A DNA stretch of 48,344 nucleotides from Reclinomonas americana ATCC 50394 (taxonomy: Eukaryota). The stretch spans positions 82,678 to 131,021 of the forward strand of contig PS015096.1 in assembly GCA_048213135.1 (NCBI GenBank), written 5' to 3'. The notes under the pieces are model-generated. The model was given only the letters and a program-made list of their open reading frames with translations. It made no database searches and was not told the origin of the DNA. How positions within the stretch are numbered: position 1 is the first letter of the stretch; every line of letters begins with the position of its first letter. Position numbers and translations under genes: made by a program. Of the stretch, positions 14,507 to 27,100 are shown in pieces.

Positions 14507-16058
14507 ATGGGCAAACGCGCGCTGCTTGTCATCGATGTGCAGTACGACTTTTGCGAAGGCGGCAGTCTGGTAAACACACACACGCGGAAACACACCACCA
14601 ACACAAACTCTCTGGTCAGACTCACACACACACACTCTCTCTTTCTGTCTCTCACGCAGGCAGTGCCTCACGCCAGCGACATTATCCCTCTGATCAACGG
14701 CCTCCAACCACTCTTTGAGGTCGTGATCTGGTCACAAGACTTCCACCCGGCCGAACACATGTCATTTGCCACTGTGCAACAGCGCCCTGCGTTCTCGGTG
14801 ATGGAGCTGGAGGGCGGTCACACGCAAGTCATGTGGCCCGTGCACTGTGTGCAGGGAACGCGAGGGGCGGAGTTTCATGAGGAGCTGCAGGGGAGGGAGA
14901 GGTGAGGGGGAAGGGCAAGGGAGGGAGAAGGGGGAAGGGGGAGAGAAGGGGGAAGATAGAGACAAGTGAGAGAAGCAACGAGGACTCGGAGTTTTTTGGG
15001 CTTCTGAATGAGTGGCAGGGAGGGGGTGGAGGATAGGAGAACAGAGGAGTGAGGAAAACAGCATGTGCGAGCTTCTGAGGAAAGGACGAAGGAGACAAGA
15101 GATGGGGACAAGTGAGAGAAGCAAGACGGACTCAGGGCTTCTGAATGAGTGGCAGAGAGGGCGTAGGAGACAAGAGATGATAGGAGCGAGGAAGGGAACA
15201 TGTGCGACCTCCTGAGGAAAGGATGGAGGAGACAAGAGATGAGGACAAGTGAGAGAACGAGGACTCGGGAGTTTTTTGGCTTCTGTGTGAGTGCGGGAGA
15301 CAAGGGATGGAAAGAAGAAAGCAATAGAATGCTGAGCGACGCAGAAGTGAGGAAGTGGATGGAAGGGCATAATGAGCAGCAGTGGGTTGACGAAGGAACT
15401 CCTCTTCCACCTCTGCCTTCTTCTTCTTCCTCTTGTTTTCTTCCTCTTCTTCTTCTTCTTCTTTTGTTCTTCTTCTTCTTCGATCATTCTTCCTCTTCTT
15501 CTTGGCTCTTCTTCTCTCTTTTTCGCCTCCTCCTCCTCCTCCTCCTCCTTCTTCCTCCTCCTTTCTTCTCTCTTCGATTGCGAGTTGTCTCATGCTGTTG
15601 TTGATTTCCACACCAGGGCCATTGTCGTGCAAAAGGGCACCGATCCGCGCATCGATTCGTACTCGGCCTTGTTGCGTGGATTCCCTTTTCTCGTCTCTTG
15701 CCTGCTGCTCACTCCCGCCTCATGGCCGCAGTTTCGACAATCTCCGACTCAACCAGACGCAACTGGATCACTTGCTGAAGGAGCACGGCGTTGACACTGT
15801 GTACGTGTGCGGCCTCGCCACCGACTACTGCGTCAGCTTTACGGCTGCCGATGCGGTGGATCTCGGCTACAAGACGTATCTCATTGAGGTGCGCGTCTGT
15901 GTTTGTGTGTCTGGTGACATCAAGTTTCATTCCACCGACGCTCTCTGTGTGTGTGCCAGGATGCATCGCGTGGCATTGACGAAAAGGGCATCGCGAGTGC
16001 GTTGGAGCGGCTGCGTGGTCTCGGTGTTGAAGTGCTACAATCGAGCGAGGTCAAGTGA
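14507..16058 (+). CDS. PNC1: Nicotinamidase/pyrazinamidase (isochorismatase family)
   Basis: Exons 14507-14569, 14660-14901, 15617-15670, 15732-15888 and 15960-16058 splice in frame. Motifs: ALLVIDVQYDFCEGGSL, QDFHP, WPVHCVQGTRGAEFH, QKGTDPRIDSYSAFFDN, GLATDYCV. Asp-Lys-Cys triad present. Confidence 0.95.
14955..15310 (+). repeat. Purine-rich ~140-bp degenerate tandem repeat (~2.5 copies) in PNC1 intron 2
   Basis: GACAAGTGAGAGAA recurs at ~14961, ~15106 and ~15244. GGCTTCTGAATGAGTGGCAG and CTGAGGAAAGGA also recur. Confidence 0.8.
15400..15575 (+). repeat. (CTT)n/(CCT)n polypyrimidine tract in PNC1 intron 2
   Basis: Visible runs of cttcttctt and cctcctcct. Confidence 0.85.
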
Positions 16059-16182
16059 AGCAAACACATCCCCAACAAACATGATCTTCTCCCAACTCCC
16101 AAGCCATCTTTCCTTTTCCGAAAACATACAATCTCCACAGTTCATTTTATGCGCAAAACACACCTTGGCCGGCACCTGGCTG

Positions 16183-19100
16183 TCACCACTTGGCACCCCA
16201 CAACTCCTGGTCCTCCTCCGCCGTATCCGATCGCAGCGACGTCAGCACCTGGCGGTAGCGCTGCTGCGTGGCCGAGTTGGCGCCACTCGATGCGGCCGGA
16301 CGCGGTGGATCGTTGGCCGAGAGAGAGGGACCCGGCGACAGCTCGTCATTGTTCGACAGCGTGCTGTCCTGTCGACGCGACGCTCCGCCGCCGCCGCCAC
16401 CCAGCAAATCCTTGGCCGTCAGACCAATCGATGGTCTCTTGCCGGCCAGCGCCGCGGCCGAAGGTGCCGCAGCCGACGATGGGCCCATGACGGCGTCGAG
16501 GTCGGGCAACTCCGACGCCGACTGGATCGACGACGCATCGGTCATGTCTTCGTCGCCGCCAATCATGTCCAAGTCGTCCGTGTTGAAGGCCACCGATGAG
16601 CCTTCGTCGGCCGACGTGTCGCCACCATGCGAGGCAGACGGCGATCGGTGGCGGTGCTGCTGCTGTTGCTGTGCACGCAACAACGGCGATGAGGCAGCGG
16701 GCGGCGAGGGAGCTTGGCGGCCGTCGTTCTCCGACGGACTCGGCTTGTCCTGCTCGACCGCCGCGTGCGGCGGCAAGAGTGCGGGCGGTGCGATCTCGGT
16801 CGCCGACGGGGCGACAATGTGCGGCCGTCCAGCTGCCGCTGCTGCTGCCGATGCGGGTGTCGGTACCGTGAATGTGACATGCGGAGGTGAGTGCGCGAGA
16901 CGAGCGCCTCGCGGACTGCCCGTTGGCGAGCCGGTCGACAGCGGGGCCGGCGCGGTGACGCGTGGACGTCCGCCCGACGACGGTGGCGATTGTGACGATG
17001 GATGCGGCGGCGACGAGTGAGCCACCGACACGTCCAGTACAGGCACAGCGGCGGGTCTCGGGGATGCACCAACAGCATCGGTGGCGGCCGTCGAAGCCGC
17101 GCTGGCGATTGTGGCGCTCTTGTCAAGCGCATGACTGTAGTACGGTGGGAAAAACTGGTGAGATGCAGCACGCACAGTAAGAAAGGGAAACAGAGGCACG
17201 CAACGACACGTCAAAGTCACTAAAGTTTCCGACGTCGTCTTCCTCCTCTCCATCACCGTCACCGTCAAACTCGTCGTCGTAAAAGTCATCCTCAGCATCC
17301 CCATCGTCATCGTCCACGGAATGATCATGCTGCTGCTGCTGCTGCTGCTTCGGTGGTGACGGATGCGAGTGCAGCGGGGCGAGCTCGGGCGACGCGTCCG
17401 CTGGCTTGCCGGGCGTGCTCTGGGTCTCGTGATGATAGTGGTGGTGATGCGCTTGGGGAGGTGATCGCGGCGATGCCGTTGGTGAATCGTCAGGGACACC
17501 CGCGTCGACCGGCAAGCGCTCACGCGGCGACTGCTTCGGCGAGTATGCGGCAGCTGCAGTGGTGCTGTTGCGCCCGGAGCGCGGTGTGGTGAGTGGCGAC
17601 GGTGACACAGACGGCGGTCGCGGCGAAACACTGGCGGCCGGCTGACCGGCAGTGGCCACTGGCACAATGTGCAGCGGCTGTGGCGCCGGCTCCGGCAATG
17701 CGACTTCACGCGGCGTCCGCGGTGCGGACACGGTGCGCGAGGCCGCGGGCGACTGCGCCGGCGACGCATGCGCACTGAGCACCTCGCTCAGCGTCGGCAC
17801 CGCCGGCTTGGTGGCCAGCGGCTGCGCGTAGTGCTGCTTGGACACCGACTGTCTCTCCACCGAGGCCGGCGATCCTGCCAGCTCCTTGGCAATCGAAAAC
17901 TGACGCGCGTAGCCACTGGAGGACGCTCGTCGACCCTGTGAGGGAGAGTGAGAAAGGAGAAATCTCCAGGTTGTCACACTGAAAAATGCCACTGGCGCAA
18001 CTGAGCGAGGCTGCGACACTGCACGCCGGGCCATGCCGGTCTCTTCGCGACGTTTCGCCCCAGGAGAGCTGTGCGGAGAAGGAGATAAATGAGTGACGAA
18101 ATTACCCCTGTGAGCAACCAGGCAGCGACGCACTTGGGATCCTCCTTGCGACGATTGATGTTTGGCTGGAAAGTGCACTCGTCGAGTTCCTTGTCCACCG
18201 ACTTTGGTTCGTTGGCGATGTCCTTGCGCAGTGGCGTGGTCAGACGCTTCATGGCGGCCTGTCGTCGAGCGAGAATTAGCGAGAGAGGGAAGAAAAAGAA
18301 ACATCGGGTGAAGAAAGCACCTTGCTGCCGGGCGGCATGGGCTTCTCATTCTTGCGACGGCGAATCTGCGGGGCAAAGGTGCACTCGGCCAGCTTCTTTT
18401 GCTCCTCCAGCGTCTTGAGGAATTCGAGCTTCTCGTACTTGGCCTTGTTCTGCACACGAGTGTGTGAGTCGATTGCAGCGGCACCTCACAATGAACAAAA
18501 CACTGAAAATTCACCTCCAGTGCCAGTCGCTCCAGACGATTGCTGTTACCACTCTGCTCCTCTGCAGCTGCGTGGCGAGTCACGAGATGAGATCACGGCA
18601 GGCTCACGAGTCTTTCGAGTTCCTTGACACATACCGGCAGTGGCAAGCAGCTGGCCAATATTCTCTCGGTTTCGACTGGCCGCGGCAAGTCGCTCCGTCT
18701 GTGGCGAGAGTTTCGGCCGGAAGGTGAGCTCCTTGGAGACGAGATCCTCGACACGCGAGCGTGTGGCCATGGCCGAGGCGGTGGGCGTGCCGAGAACAAG
18801 ACTGGTGTTGGCCGGCAAGTCGGCACCGTATCCGCCCACTGGCGCAAATGACCGAGGAGGTGCCCCTGCCGCCGCCGCCGCCGCAACGACAGCACCATTG
18901 GCGGCAGTCGATGCAGGACTGGGGTTGCTGGCTCCGCTCGACGCACGGCTTCGCTGCTGCTGATGAGGTCTGGGCAGAATAAACCAAGGCGGTGAGCTGA
19001 TGTACTGTCTCTCATGCTTCGGGCGGGCGTACGCAACGGTGAGACGGAAGAGCGCGCACGGGCCGGCGCGACCACCGCCGGTGGCTGCCGTCGGATATCG

Positions 19101-19760
19101 CCCAGTGCCAATGACTGCTGCGCCGAGGGCGACAAGCCATTCGCACCATCGCCGTGGCCGGGACTGAGCGTCTGCGGACTGCGGAAGGCCGACGGCCGCA
19201 GGAACGAGGGATCGGCGGCGGCCGACGCCATGACCAGATCCGTGAGCGAGTGCGCCACATTCGCACTGCCACCAACACCGCCAGCTCCACCAGCCGCCGC
19301 CGCCGCCGCCGCAGTGTCCGCCTGCCGCTGCTGCCGCTGCCGCATAGGCCGCTCCAGGTGATCCATCAGGCGTCGATAGATCTCCTCGGCCGACACCGTG
19401 CCCACAGTGTCGAAACGACCAGAGCGGATCAACTCCTCCTCGTCTTGCTGCAACTCATTGTCGAGCTCCGTCACTGCGCACAGAACGAGTGAGGCCGGGG
19501 CGCATGGGAGCAAAGCAAAAGAGGATGATGCCACGCACCAACATCATCCAACACCGCCTCCACCAGCAGCTTGTCGTGCACATCGGTCCACAGCATGCCC
19601 TCTGCGCGCGCCAGCACCTCCTCGACATCGGCAAATCCGCGCTCGTTGCAGGCAATCCCATGAAAGAGCTCCTCTGCCAACGCACGCGCCTTTTGCTGAC
19701 GCAGTCGCTCGAGGATCTTCTCACTGTTGCGCGAGGTCAGCGGAGCGGTGGTGATGCGAC
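16183..19760 (-). CDS. Hypothetical multi-exon protein with ECTFxP-type repeats and a long Pro/Ser-rich tail; 5' end probably in gap 19823-20180
   Basis: Minus-strand exons contain ELTFRPKLS (~18720), AECTFAPQIR (~18375) and DECTFQPNIN (~18170), preceded by an N-terminal helical segment. The last exon ends EDQELWGAKW* at 16183. Confidence 0.6.
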
Positions 19761-20267
19761 GAGCTGCTCACACACGAGAGAGAGATCAGTGTCACTGTCA
19801 GTGAAAGAGAAAGAGAGAGAGGNNNNNNNNNNNNNNNNNNNNNNNNNNNNNNNNNNNNNNNNNNNNNNNNNNNNNNNNNNNNNNNNNNNNNNNNNNNNNN
19901 NNNNNNNNNNNNNNNNNNNNNNNNNNNNNNNNNNNNNNNNNNNNNNNNNNNNNNNNNNNNNNNNNNNNNNNNNNNNNNNNNNNNNNNNNNNNNNNNNNNN
20001 NNNNNNNNNNNNNNNNNNNNNNNNNNNNNNNNNNNNNNNNNNNNNNNNNNNNNNNNNNNNNNNNNNNNNNNNNNNNNNNNNNNNNNNNNNNNNNNNNNNN
20101 NNNNNNNNNNNNNNNNNNNNNNNNNNNNNNNNNNNNNNNNNNNNNNNNNNNNNNNNNNNNNNNNNNNNNNNNNNNNNNNNTACAACGCGAATCATCACTT
20201 CTACACGACAGTGTGTCGGCTTACGAGGATTTCGATTCGCTTGGCCATTGCGGACAACTCATCATGC

Positions 20268-21937
20268 TCAACCCTGTGTGGTGTGTGCGCGCAAATATCG
20301 TGAGCATATGGAAGTGATTCTCGTTTCTTCCGCGACGGCGCGACGACGCAACGACTGCAATGGCGAGGCCAGTTGAGAGACGGATATGTCGGCGGTACCG
20401 TCTTGACCGCCACTGTACAGGGCCTTTTTCTTGCGCGACCAGTCCACGTCGAGTGAACGGTGGAAAGACTGCACAAAAACACACAGAACATGAGCCACAA
20501 AAGTCACGCGCGCGCTCATCCCTCTCTCCACCACCTGCGACGCAACTTTGGTGCGATTGAACATAAAGATGGCACGGTTGGCTTGCTCGGCAGTAATGTG
20601 CAGCACCGAGGCACCAACCGGCGGCGGTGCGAGCTCCGAACCGTCACCCTCACTTGAAGGCGCAACGGCAATTGCACGATCATCCATTACCGAATTTGTT
20701 GGTTCTGCCTCTGCTGCTGGTGCTGCTGCCGGTGGCGGTGGTGGTGGCGATGACGAAGACGCTGTCACTGTGACTTGCTGGTCACCCATGGCCACATCGG
20801 CAATGGCATTCCCGTGCACCATCACTCGCTTCAGGCGCTGCCGGAAGATCGTCGACAGCGCGCCCGGTGCCGAGTTGGCCGCATGCTGCAGCGGCGGCCG
20901 TCGCGGTGGCCGACTGCCACCGACAAACGGCGGCGAGGCACCCACATGCAACAGCGCCGGTGGTGGCGTTGTCGACGACGCTGGAGGTGTTCGTCGCGCA
21001 TCGCATGGCCGCTTGGCGGCAGGTTCCGGTGTGCCCGCGCCACTGCTCGACATGACCTCGTCGGCGCTCATGTCACTCGACGGTCGCCGCCGAAGCAACC
21101 GTTGCTGCACGGCCTCACCGTTAGCACCAGCGCGAACACACGCCTTGTTTGCAACACACACAACGCAACTGCCACTGCCGCATTGCCGCCTCCATACAAC
21201 AAGCCCGACTGGCGCTTCAAGCTGCCCGTCTCATCAGCTCCATCCGTGGCAAACATCAAGCTACACCACACCGCGCACGCGTGTGAGCAACAACCATTCA
21301 ACCGCCCCGCGAACCGCCCTTCACCTCGCACGCAACAAATCATCGACATCCAAATCCGCCGTGTACCGCGTTCTCCTCTCCGACTGCGCCGCCTCCGACT
21401 CCTCCAGCGGCAACTCCGAGAACGAGAACGTGTCAATCTGCCTCTGCAGCGCCTGCGTCCTCCTACTCAAAAGAGAGTGAGCAAGAGCCGACGGACAACG
21501 ATCAACACCAAACACCAGTGCGCACGCAACAATCGTCGACCACCACTGGCCACCTCCTCGTCATCCTCATCCTCGTCCTCGCCCTCGTCCACAGCATCAC
21601 GCTGCTGCAGCTGGCGACACGCAAAGGCCATGAGCGCCGATTGCCCACACGACTCGGACGCTCTTCTCCGCGACAGCAAGCGCGCTGGTGGTGGAGGCGG
21701 TGAAGAAGGCGACGATGGTGGTGACGTGGTCGGCTCCACCACCGCCACCTCTGCTGCTTCTGCTGCCTGCGCTGCTGCCGCGCATGTGCTCACTCGTCGC
21801 ACGTGTGTCAGCGACGATCCGCGTTTCAACGGCACGAGGTAGCGCGATGCCGCCGCGGCTGGTTGTTGCTGTTGCTGTGTGGCTGCTGGTGGTGGAAGAG
21901 GTGTTGTGGCGAGAGGCCGCGCGCATCCGTTGCCCAT
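20268..21937 (-). CDS. Hypothetical low-complexity multi-exon protein
   Basis: Consecutive minus-strand ORF segments (MGNGCARP..., LLSRRTQALQRQIDTFSF..., AIFMFNRTKVASQVVERG...) are separated by short intron-like stretches. No recognisable domain. Confidence 0.4.
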
Positions 21938-22070
21938 CTTTGATAGACTGTGTGTGTGTGTGTGCACGCGTGCCACAACGCGCCAAAGCTTTTTTGCACT
22001 GAATTTAGATATCGAACATGTCCTTTTTCGATCAAATCATGCCTAGATTTGTCGGGTAGCGCAACTGCAT

Positions 22071-22798
22071 TCAAGTTGCCGCGGATGGCGATGGTGGTTC
22101 CCATTGTGGACTCGCCTGTTCCTCCTCGTCGGCTGCAGCTGCTGGCTGCGACGGTTCCCACCACGGATCGATTTGACTGTGTCCGCTGATGCGCCGCCGG
22201 CTATTCATCATTTGTGTGACCGCCCACTTCCATAGCGGCTTGGCATCGTCGTTGAGTGTGATGGAGAAGGAGGCGGAGCGGAAGAACAAGTCGCCGTCGA
22301 GCACGTTGTCGGCGGACTCGAGAACGCGCATGGACAGGCGGGCGAGAGGACGCGAGAAGAAGGCGGCGAGGGCGTCGAGGTGCGCTTGCATCTCGCCCAC
22401 GCTCGGGTTCAGCGAGGGCGGTGGTGCCAACGAATCCGCGGCAAGGCGCGGGAAGAAGTGCAGGAAGAACATGAACACGTTGCGCATGTTGGCTTGCACC
22501 TCAAAGCGGCCCTCTTCTGGCTCCGGGAAGAGTGGACCGTAGGGAAAGTCGTCGGCCTCGCCACGACGCGGGCGGTTGTAGATGAAGACGGGGGTGCGTT
22601 CGTTGAGGAAGGCGGCCCAGTCGGTGCGCAGTTGCACGCCCTCGGCGCTGCGCCACCACAGACGGGTGCCGATGCGCGAGGGACGCGCGCGAAAGAACTC
22701 GAGCAGCTCAGGCAGTGGCTCCAGGTGCGCCAGGGCCTCCATGTCCACCTCGTAGGGCGTGTGCATGTCGGCGTCTCTCTCCTCATCGTCGTCGGGGG
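22071..22798 (-). CDS. C-terminal part of a hypothetical protein, likely joined to the DCVE-motif segment at 23187-23766
   Basis: Uninterrupted 240-codon globular-looking frame: YEVDMEALAHLEPLPELLEFFRARP...DWAAFLNERTPVFIYNRP...FEVQANMRNVFMFFLHFFP. Its 5' end runs into a gap. Confidence 0.65.
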
Positions 22799-23186
22799 NN
22801 NNNNNNNNNNNNNNNNNNNNNNNNNNNNNNNNNNNNNNNNNNNNNNNNNNNNNNNNNNNNNNNNNNNNNNNNNNNNNNNNNNNNNNNNNNNNNNNNNNNN
22901 NNNNNNNNNNNNNNNNNNNNNNNNNNNNNNNNNNNNNNNNNNNNNNNNNNNNNNNNNNNNNNNNNNNNNNNNNNNNNNNNNNNNNNNNNNNNNNNNNNNN
23001 NNNNNNNNNNNNNNNNNNNNNNNNNNNNNNNNNNNNNNNNNNNNNNNNNNNNNNNNNNNNNNNNNNNNNNNNNNNNNNNNNNNNNNNNNNNNNNNNNNNN
23101 NNNNNNNNNNNNNNNNNNNNNNNNNNNNNNNNNNNNNNNNNNNNNNNNNNGGAGGCCAAGGCACGCAAACTGACGTGCGAGCACAC

Positions 23187-23766
23187 ATGGTGAACGACGG
23201 CGAGGCATACCAACAGCAACCGCAGCCACCACCACCACCAGCAGGCACAGGCAAAGGTGGTGACAAGGACACGGATGAGGGCGACGACGAGAAAGACAAA
23301 CGCACGTGTCTTCGCGCCTGTTGCTCGTGGACTGCCTACATCCTGTGCTGCTGGGTCACCTGCTACTGCTGCTGTGGCAAGTACAATCGCAAAGTCGACG
23401 ATGCAGATCTCCAGGTCATGTTTCCTTGACTAATCTCTCTCCCCCTCCCCTCCTCTCTCTCTCTCTTTGCTAATGACGATAATGAACGAATGCATAATGG
23501 TAAGTACGCCACTGTGTACAGCACAGTCACCGGTGAGGTGTGGACGACACTCGGTGCTCTGTCCGCAACGAACACAGCTGTCCTCTCCATCAGTCACCAC
23601 ACGAGTCGTGAGCGCAGAGCAGGCATGATCGAGCCCATCCTGAACCACCAAGTGGTGATCAGTGTGGACTCACACGGGCAGCCAGTGAGCGAGCAGGATG
23701 GCGTGTACATGGACTGCGTGGAGTCGTGCATCTTCCGCTTCCTGCAGCTTGTTTTGGCCATCCGCA
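23187..23766 (+). CDS. N-terminal part of a hypothetical protein with a Cys-rich hydrophobic segment and a YMDCVES motif (segment probably inverted in the assembly)
   Basis: MVNDGEAYQQQP...CLRACCSWTAYILCCWVTCYCCCGKY...DADLQ, then a probable intron, then ...EPILNHQVVISVDSHGQPVSEQDGVYMDCVESCIFRFLQLVLAIR, open into the gap. Confidence 0.55.
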
Positions 23767-24152
23767 NNNNNNNNNNNNNNNNNNNNGCGTGTGGATGAGG
23801 AGAGTCGTGATATCGAACGTCAGGACAGCAAGAAGAAATGCAACGCAGAACCGCAGCACGTTGCAGCGAGTTGCGAGGGATGTCTATGACGCACCACCAA
23901 AGCATCTGCATCCGCAACAATCACACTCCGGAGATACAGCCAAACGTCGAGTGCCAGATCTAGACACGTGCCCAACTCCTGCAAGCTGCAGCACCAGCAA
24001 GCTCTACAGATTGATTGCACACTTGTGGATCCCGCCACCGTTACCTCGCCGTTGAAACACACGCAGAGTTCGAGGAGGCGAACGACGGGACACAAATCAC
24101 CATCAGTTTTTCGACTCCACACACACGCGCGCTCGTGTCTCAATCGCCGCGA

Positions 24153-27100
24153 ATGGAAGCCACGCGGCTTCCACGCGCACCAGCACCGCGTGCACGATCC
24201 ACCACCACCACAACTGCCACTGCGACCAGCATTCCCACGCCTGTCACCGCCGTGCGAATCACCCCAGTGGCGACTGGTGGGGCGGCCAGCAGTGCGCGAC
24301 GTGCGGCCTCGGCCTCTGCGCAGCAAGTGGCTGCGGCCAGTCGCACACCACCACCACCACCGCAGCCACCACCACCAATACCATCACAACAACAGCCGCC
24401 TCCATCGCAGCAACAGCAACAGCGTGCTGTGCGTCGCAAGTCGTCGTCGTCAGAGAGCACGAGTGCATTCACTGGCAGCAACGGCAAGAGCAGTGGGCCG
24501 AGTGCGAGCAACAGCAGTAGCGGTGCGGTGACCGGCAACGGGCACAGCAGCGGCAGCAAGAAGAAGAAGAAGCAGCGGAAGACTGGCAAGTCGAGTGGTG
24601 CTGCTGATGCGAGTGGACAGGGAGGAGGCGCAGGAACAGCGGCAGCAGCAGCAGCAGCGGCAGCGGGCGCGAGTGCAGCCAATGGCGCGGTGAGTGCATT
24701 GTGAGCTGTAGATGTGTGTGTGTGTGTTCATGCGAGTTGCTGAGCGGGTGGATGGCAGTCGCGATCGAACTCGACGGGTCGCTCGTCGCGTGTGCCGCGG
24801 CGTGTGGCCTCTGAGCCGCAACTGTCGTCGCTGATGGAGGACACGTATGAGGAGTACGTGGAGGAGGATGCTGCGGATCTGGCTGCAATGGCGCCAGTGC
24901 AGGGCGTCGGTGCTGCAGGCAACGACGACGAGGAGGAGGACGAGGAGGAGGTTGATGGGGAGGATGATGGCGACGGGTATTTCACGGTCGATGAGCCGAG
25001 TATGGACATTGGGGATGAGTTTGGGTACGATTACGGTGGGGCCGAGGTGGGCGACGAGGGCTTGCCGTGGGAGCCACCACGGCATCACTACGCTCTTCAT
25101 CACCACCATTACCAGCCGCAGCCGACGCAGTATGTCGTGCACCAGCATCCGCAAGCCATGCGATACGCGCACCAGCAGGATGCACCAATGCCGTTCCCGT
25201 CGTCTCGCTGGCAGCCGGCGCCCCCTCAGCAACAGCAGCAGCAACAACAACAGTATCTGCAACCTCCGCCCCCACCTCCGCCCCCGCCACCACAGCAGCA
25301 ACCGCAGGTCACTCAGTCATCGCTGTTCAGACGGCCGCCAGTGGGTGGTGTGCAGCCGCGCTCAGCGTCGGCGGCCTCTGGTAGCGCTGTCCTGATCACG
25401 GAGGTGCCGTATGCCACCGCCATGTGGGAGCAACAGCAACAGCAGTTGTCAAGTCGTGGAGTTGTGTCACTGCCTGTGTGGTGTTGTAGCTGTGTCACGA
25501 AAAGCAATCTCACGCCTGACTGTTTTTCGTGCACGCAGCGCATACTGTTGCGACCACCGTCGGCAGGCCATCGCTTCCGCACGGATCTGACGGGAGCCGC
25601 CAGCGCGACTACCACCTCGGCAGTGGGATCTGGTGTTGCGCCACGCAGCATTCATCGCTCGCGCTCGGTGCCGCGGTTGAGGAATGATCCGCAGGACGCA
25701 TCCACTCCCACGTCGTCTCTGGTGCTGCCACCGCTGCAGCCACAACAACAACAACAACAACAGCTGTTGCAGCAGCAGCTACCCCCACCCCTGCACTCGT
25801 ACTACAGTGAGCCTCAGTTGTCGGCAGCGGCCGGCGCACCGCACGTCACCATTGTGCATCGCGGCGAGGCTTCTGGCGATGGTTTGTGCGGGAAACTCCA
25901 GCATGTTGCACAGACTGAGCACTGACGCAAGCGTCACAGGTGTCGGTGGCGGCGACGATGATGTGGCGCGGCTGAAGAAGAAGAAGCAGAAAAAGAAGAA
26001 GAAGAAGAAGAAGAAGAACAATGGTCACGCGGCGCTGGCCTCCGTGTTTCCCGTCAACGAAGAGACCGAGCGGCGTCTTTTCTTCCAGGACCCAACCTTT
26101 ACGTACGAGCCGCAGTTCCGTTACTCAGATCCCGATCGGGCGGCCAAGTTGTCGACATCCTACTCGGTGCCCTCTGTCAAGTACTTGGCACAGGCGCGCA
26201 AGATCCTCGACAGCGTCATCCACGCTTACGGGTCGGAGTTGGTGTATTTTGAGGAGAGGTACATACACGAGAGAGAGAGAAAGAGTTGTGCACACGCACA
26301 GCGATAGCTCACTCGTCACATTTGCAGCCACGGAAATCTGCTGACCACGGAGGAGAGCGTGGAGATTTTCAAGCAGTACTTGCGGGAGCAGAACATTGAC
26401 TGCCCGATCAAGTTGGTCCGTGACTCGGCGGCTCCCACCAGTTTCAAGGACGGCTGCCTGGTGATTCGGTGAGTGCCTCGTGCGCCTCACTTCGTACCTT
26501 CCCGTGTGCGAGTCACTCATCACCCGTCAATAGTGTGCCGACCCAGTATCGCGAGATCGGCATTATTTGCACCGCGCACCACGAACTCGGTTCGTGCTGC
26601 TGTCTGCTCTGTTCACGGATCGTGTCAGCTGATGTGCGCGTGCAGGCACACATTTTGTTCGCCGGTTGAACGACGAGAAGCAAGTGTGGCACAAGCGGAG
26701 GAAAACTTTCGGCTTGCGCACGCGCATTTTGGAGACGGAGGAAGGTCTCGCCACGCTGAACACGTACATCCACAGTCGTGGCAAATACCTGTGGAAGCCG
26801 GCGTTGCAGTACTATTCCAGTGTGATGGTACGCAGGATCCCATGTCCCCACTCGTGACGAATGCACTCGGGTCCTCATGACCCTTCGCCCTCGATGTGCA
26901 TGCAGGCCACCACGCTGACGTTCCGGCAGCTCTACAACCACCTAGCCCGTTTCGTGTCCGACCACCGGCGACGCTGGGACGAGTGCTTGCGAGTTAAGCG
27001 CGGCCTCACCGACACGTCGGTGCCCGGCAGCTTCTGCAAGGACCAGGTGTACCTGTGCGGTGCCTTTGAGATTCTTCGGCACCGCTTCTACATTGATTTC

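Noticed and set aside
14955-15310. Possible CRISPR-like repeat-spacer array
   Set aside because: The units are degenerate whole-unit tandem copies inside a eukaryotic intron, with no constant repeat/unique spacer structure and no cas genes.
16268-17020. Antisense ORFs opposite GC-rich exons (also 20548-21842 and 24450-25301)
   Set aside because: These are shadow frames caused by stop-codon scarcity in GC-rich, low-complexity coding DNA.
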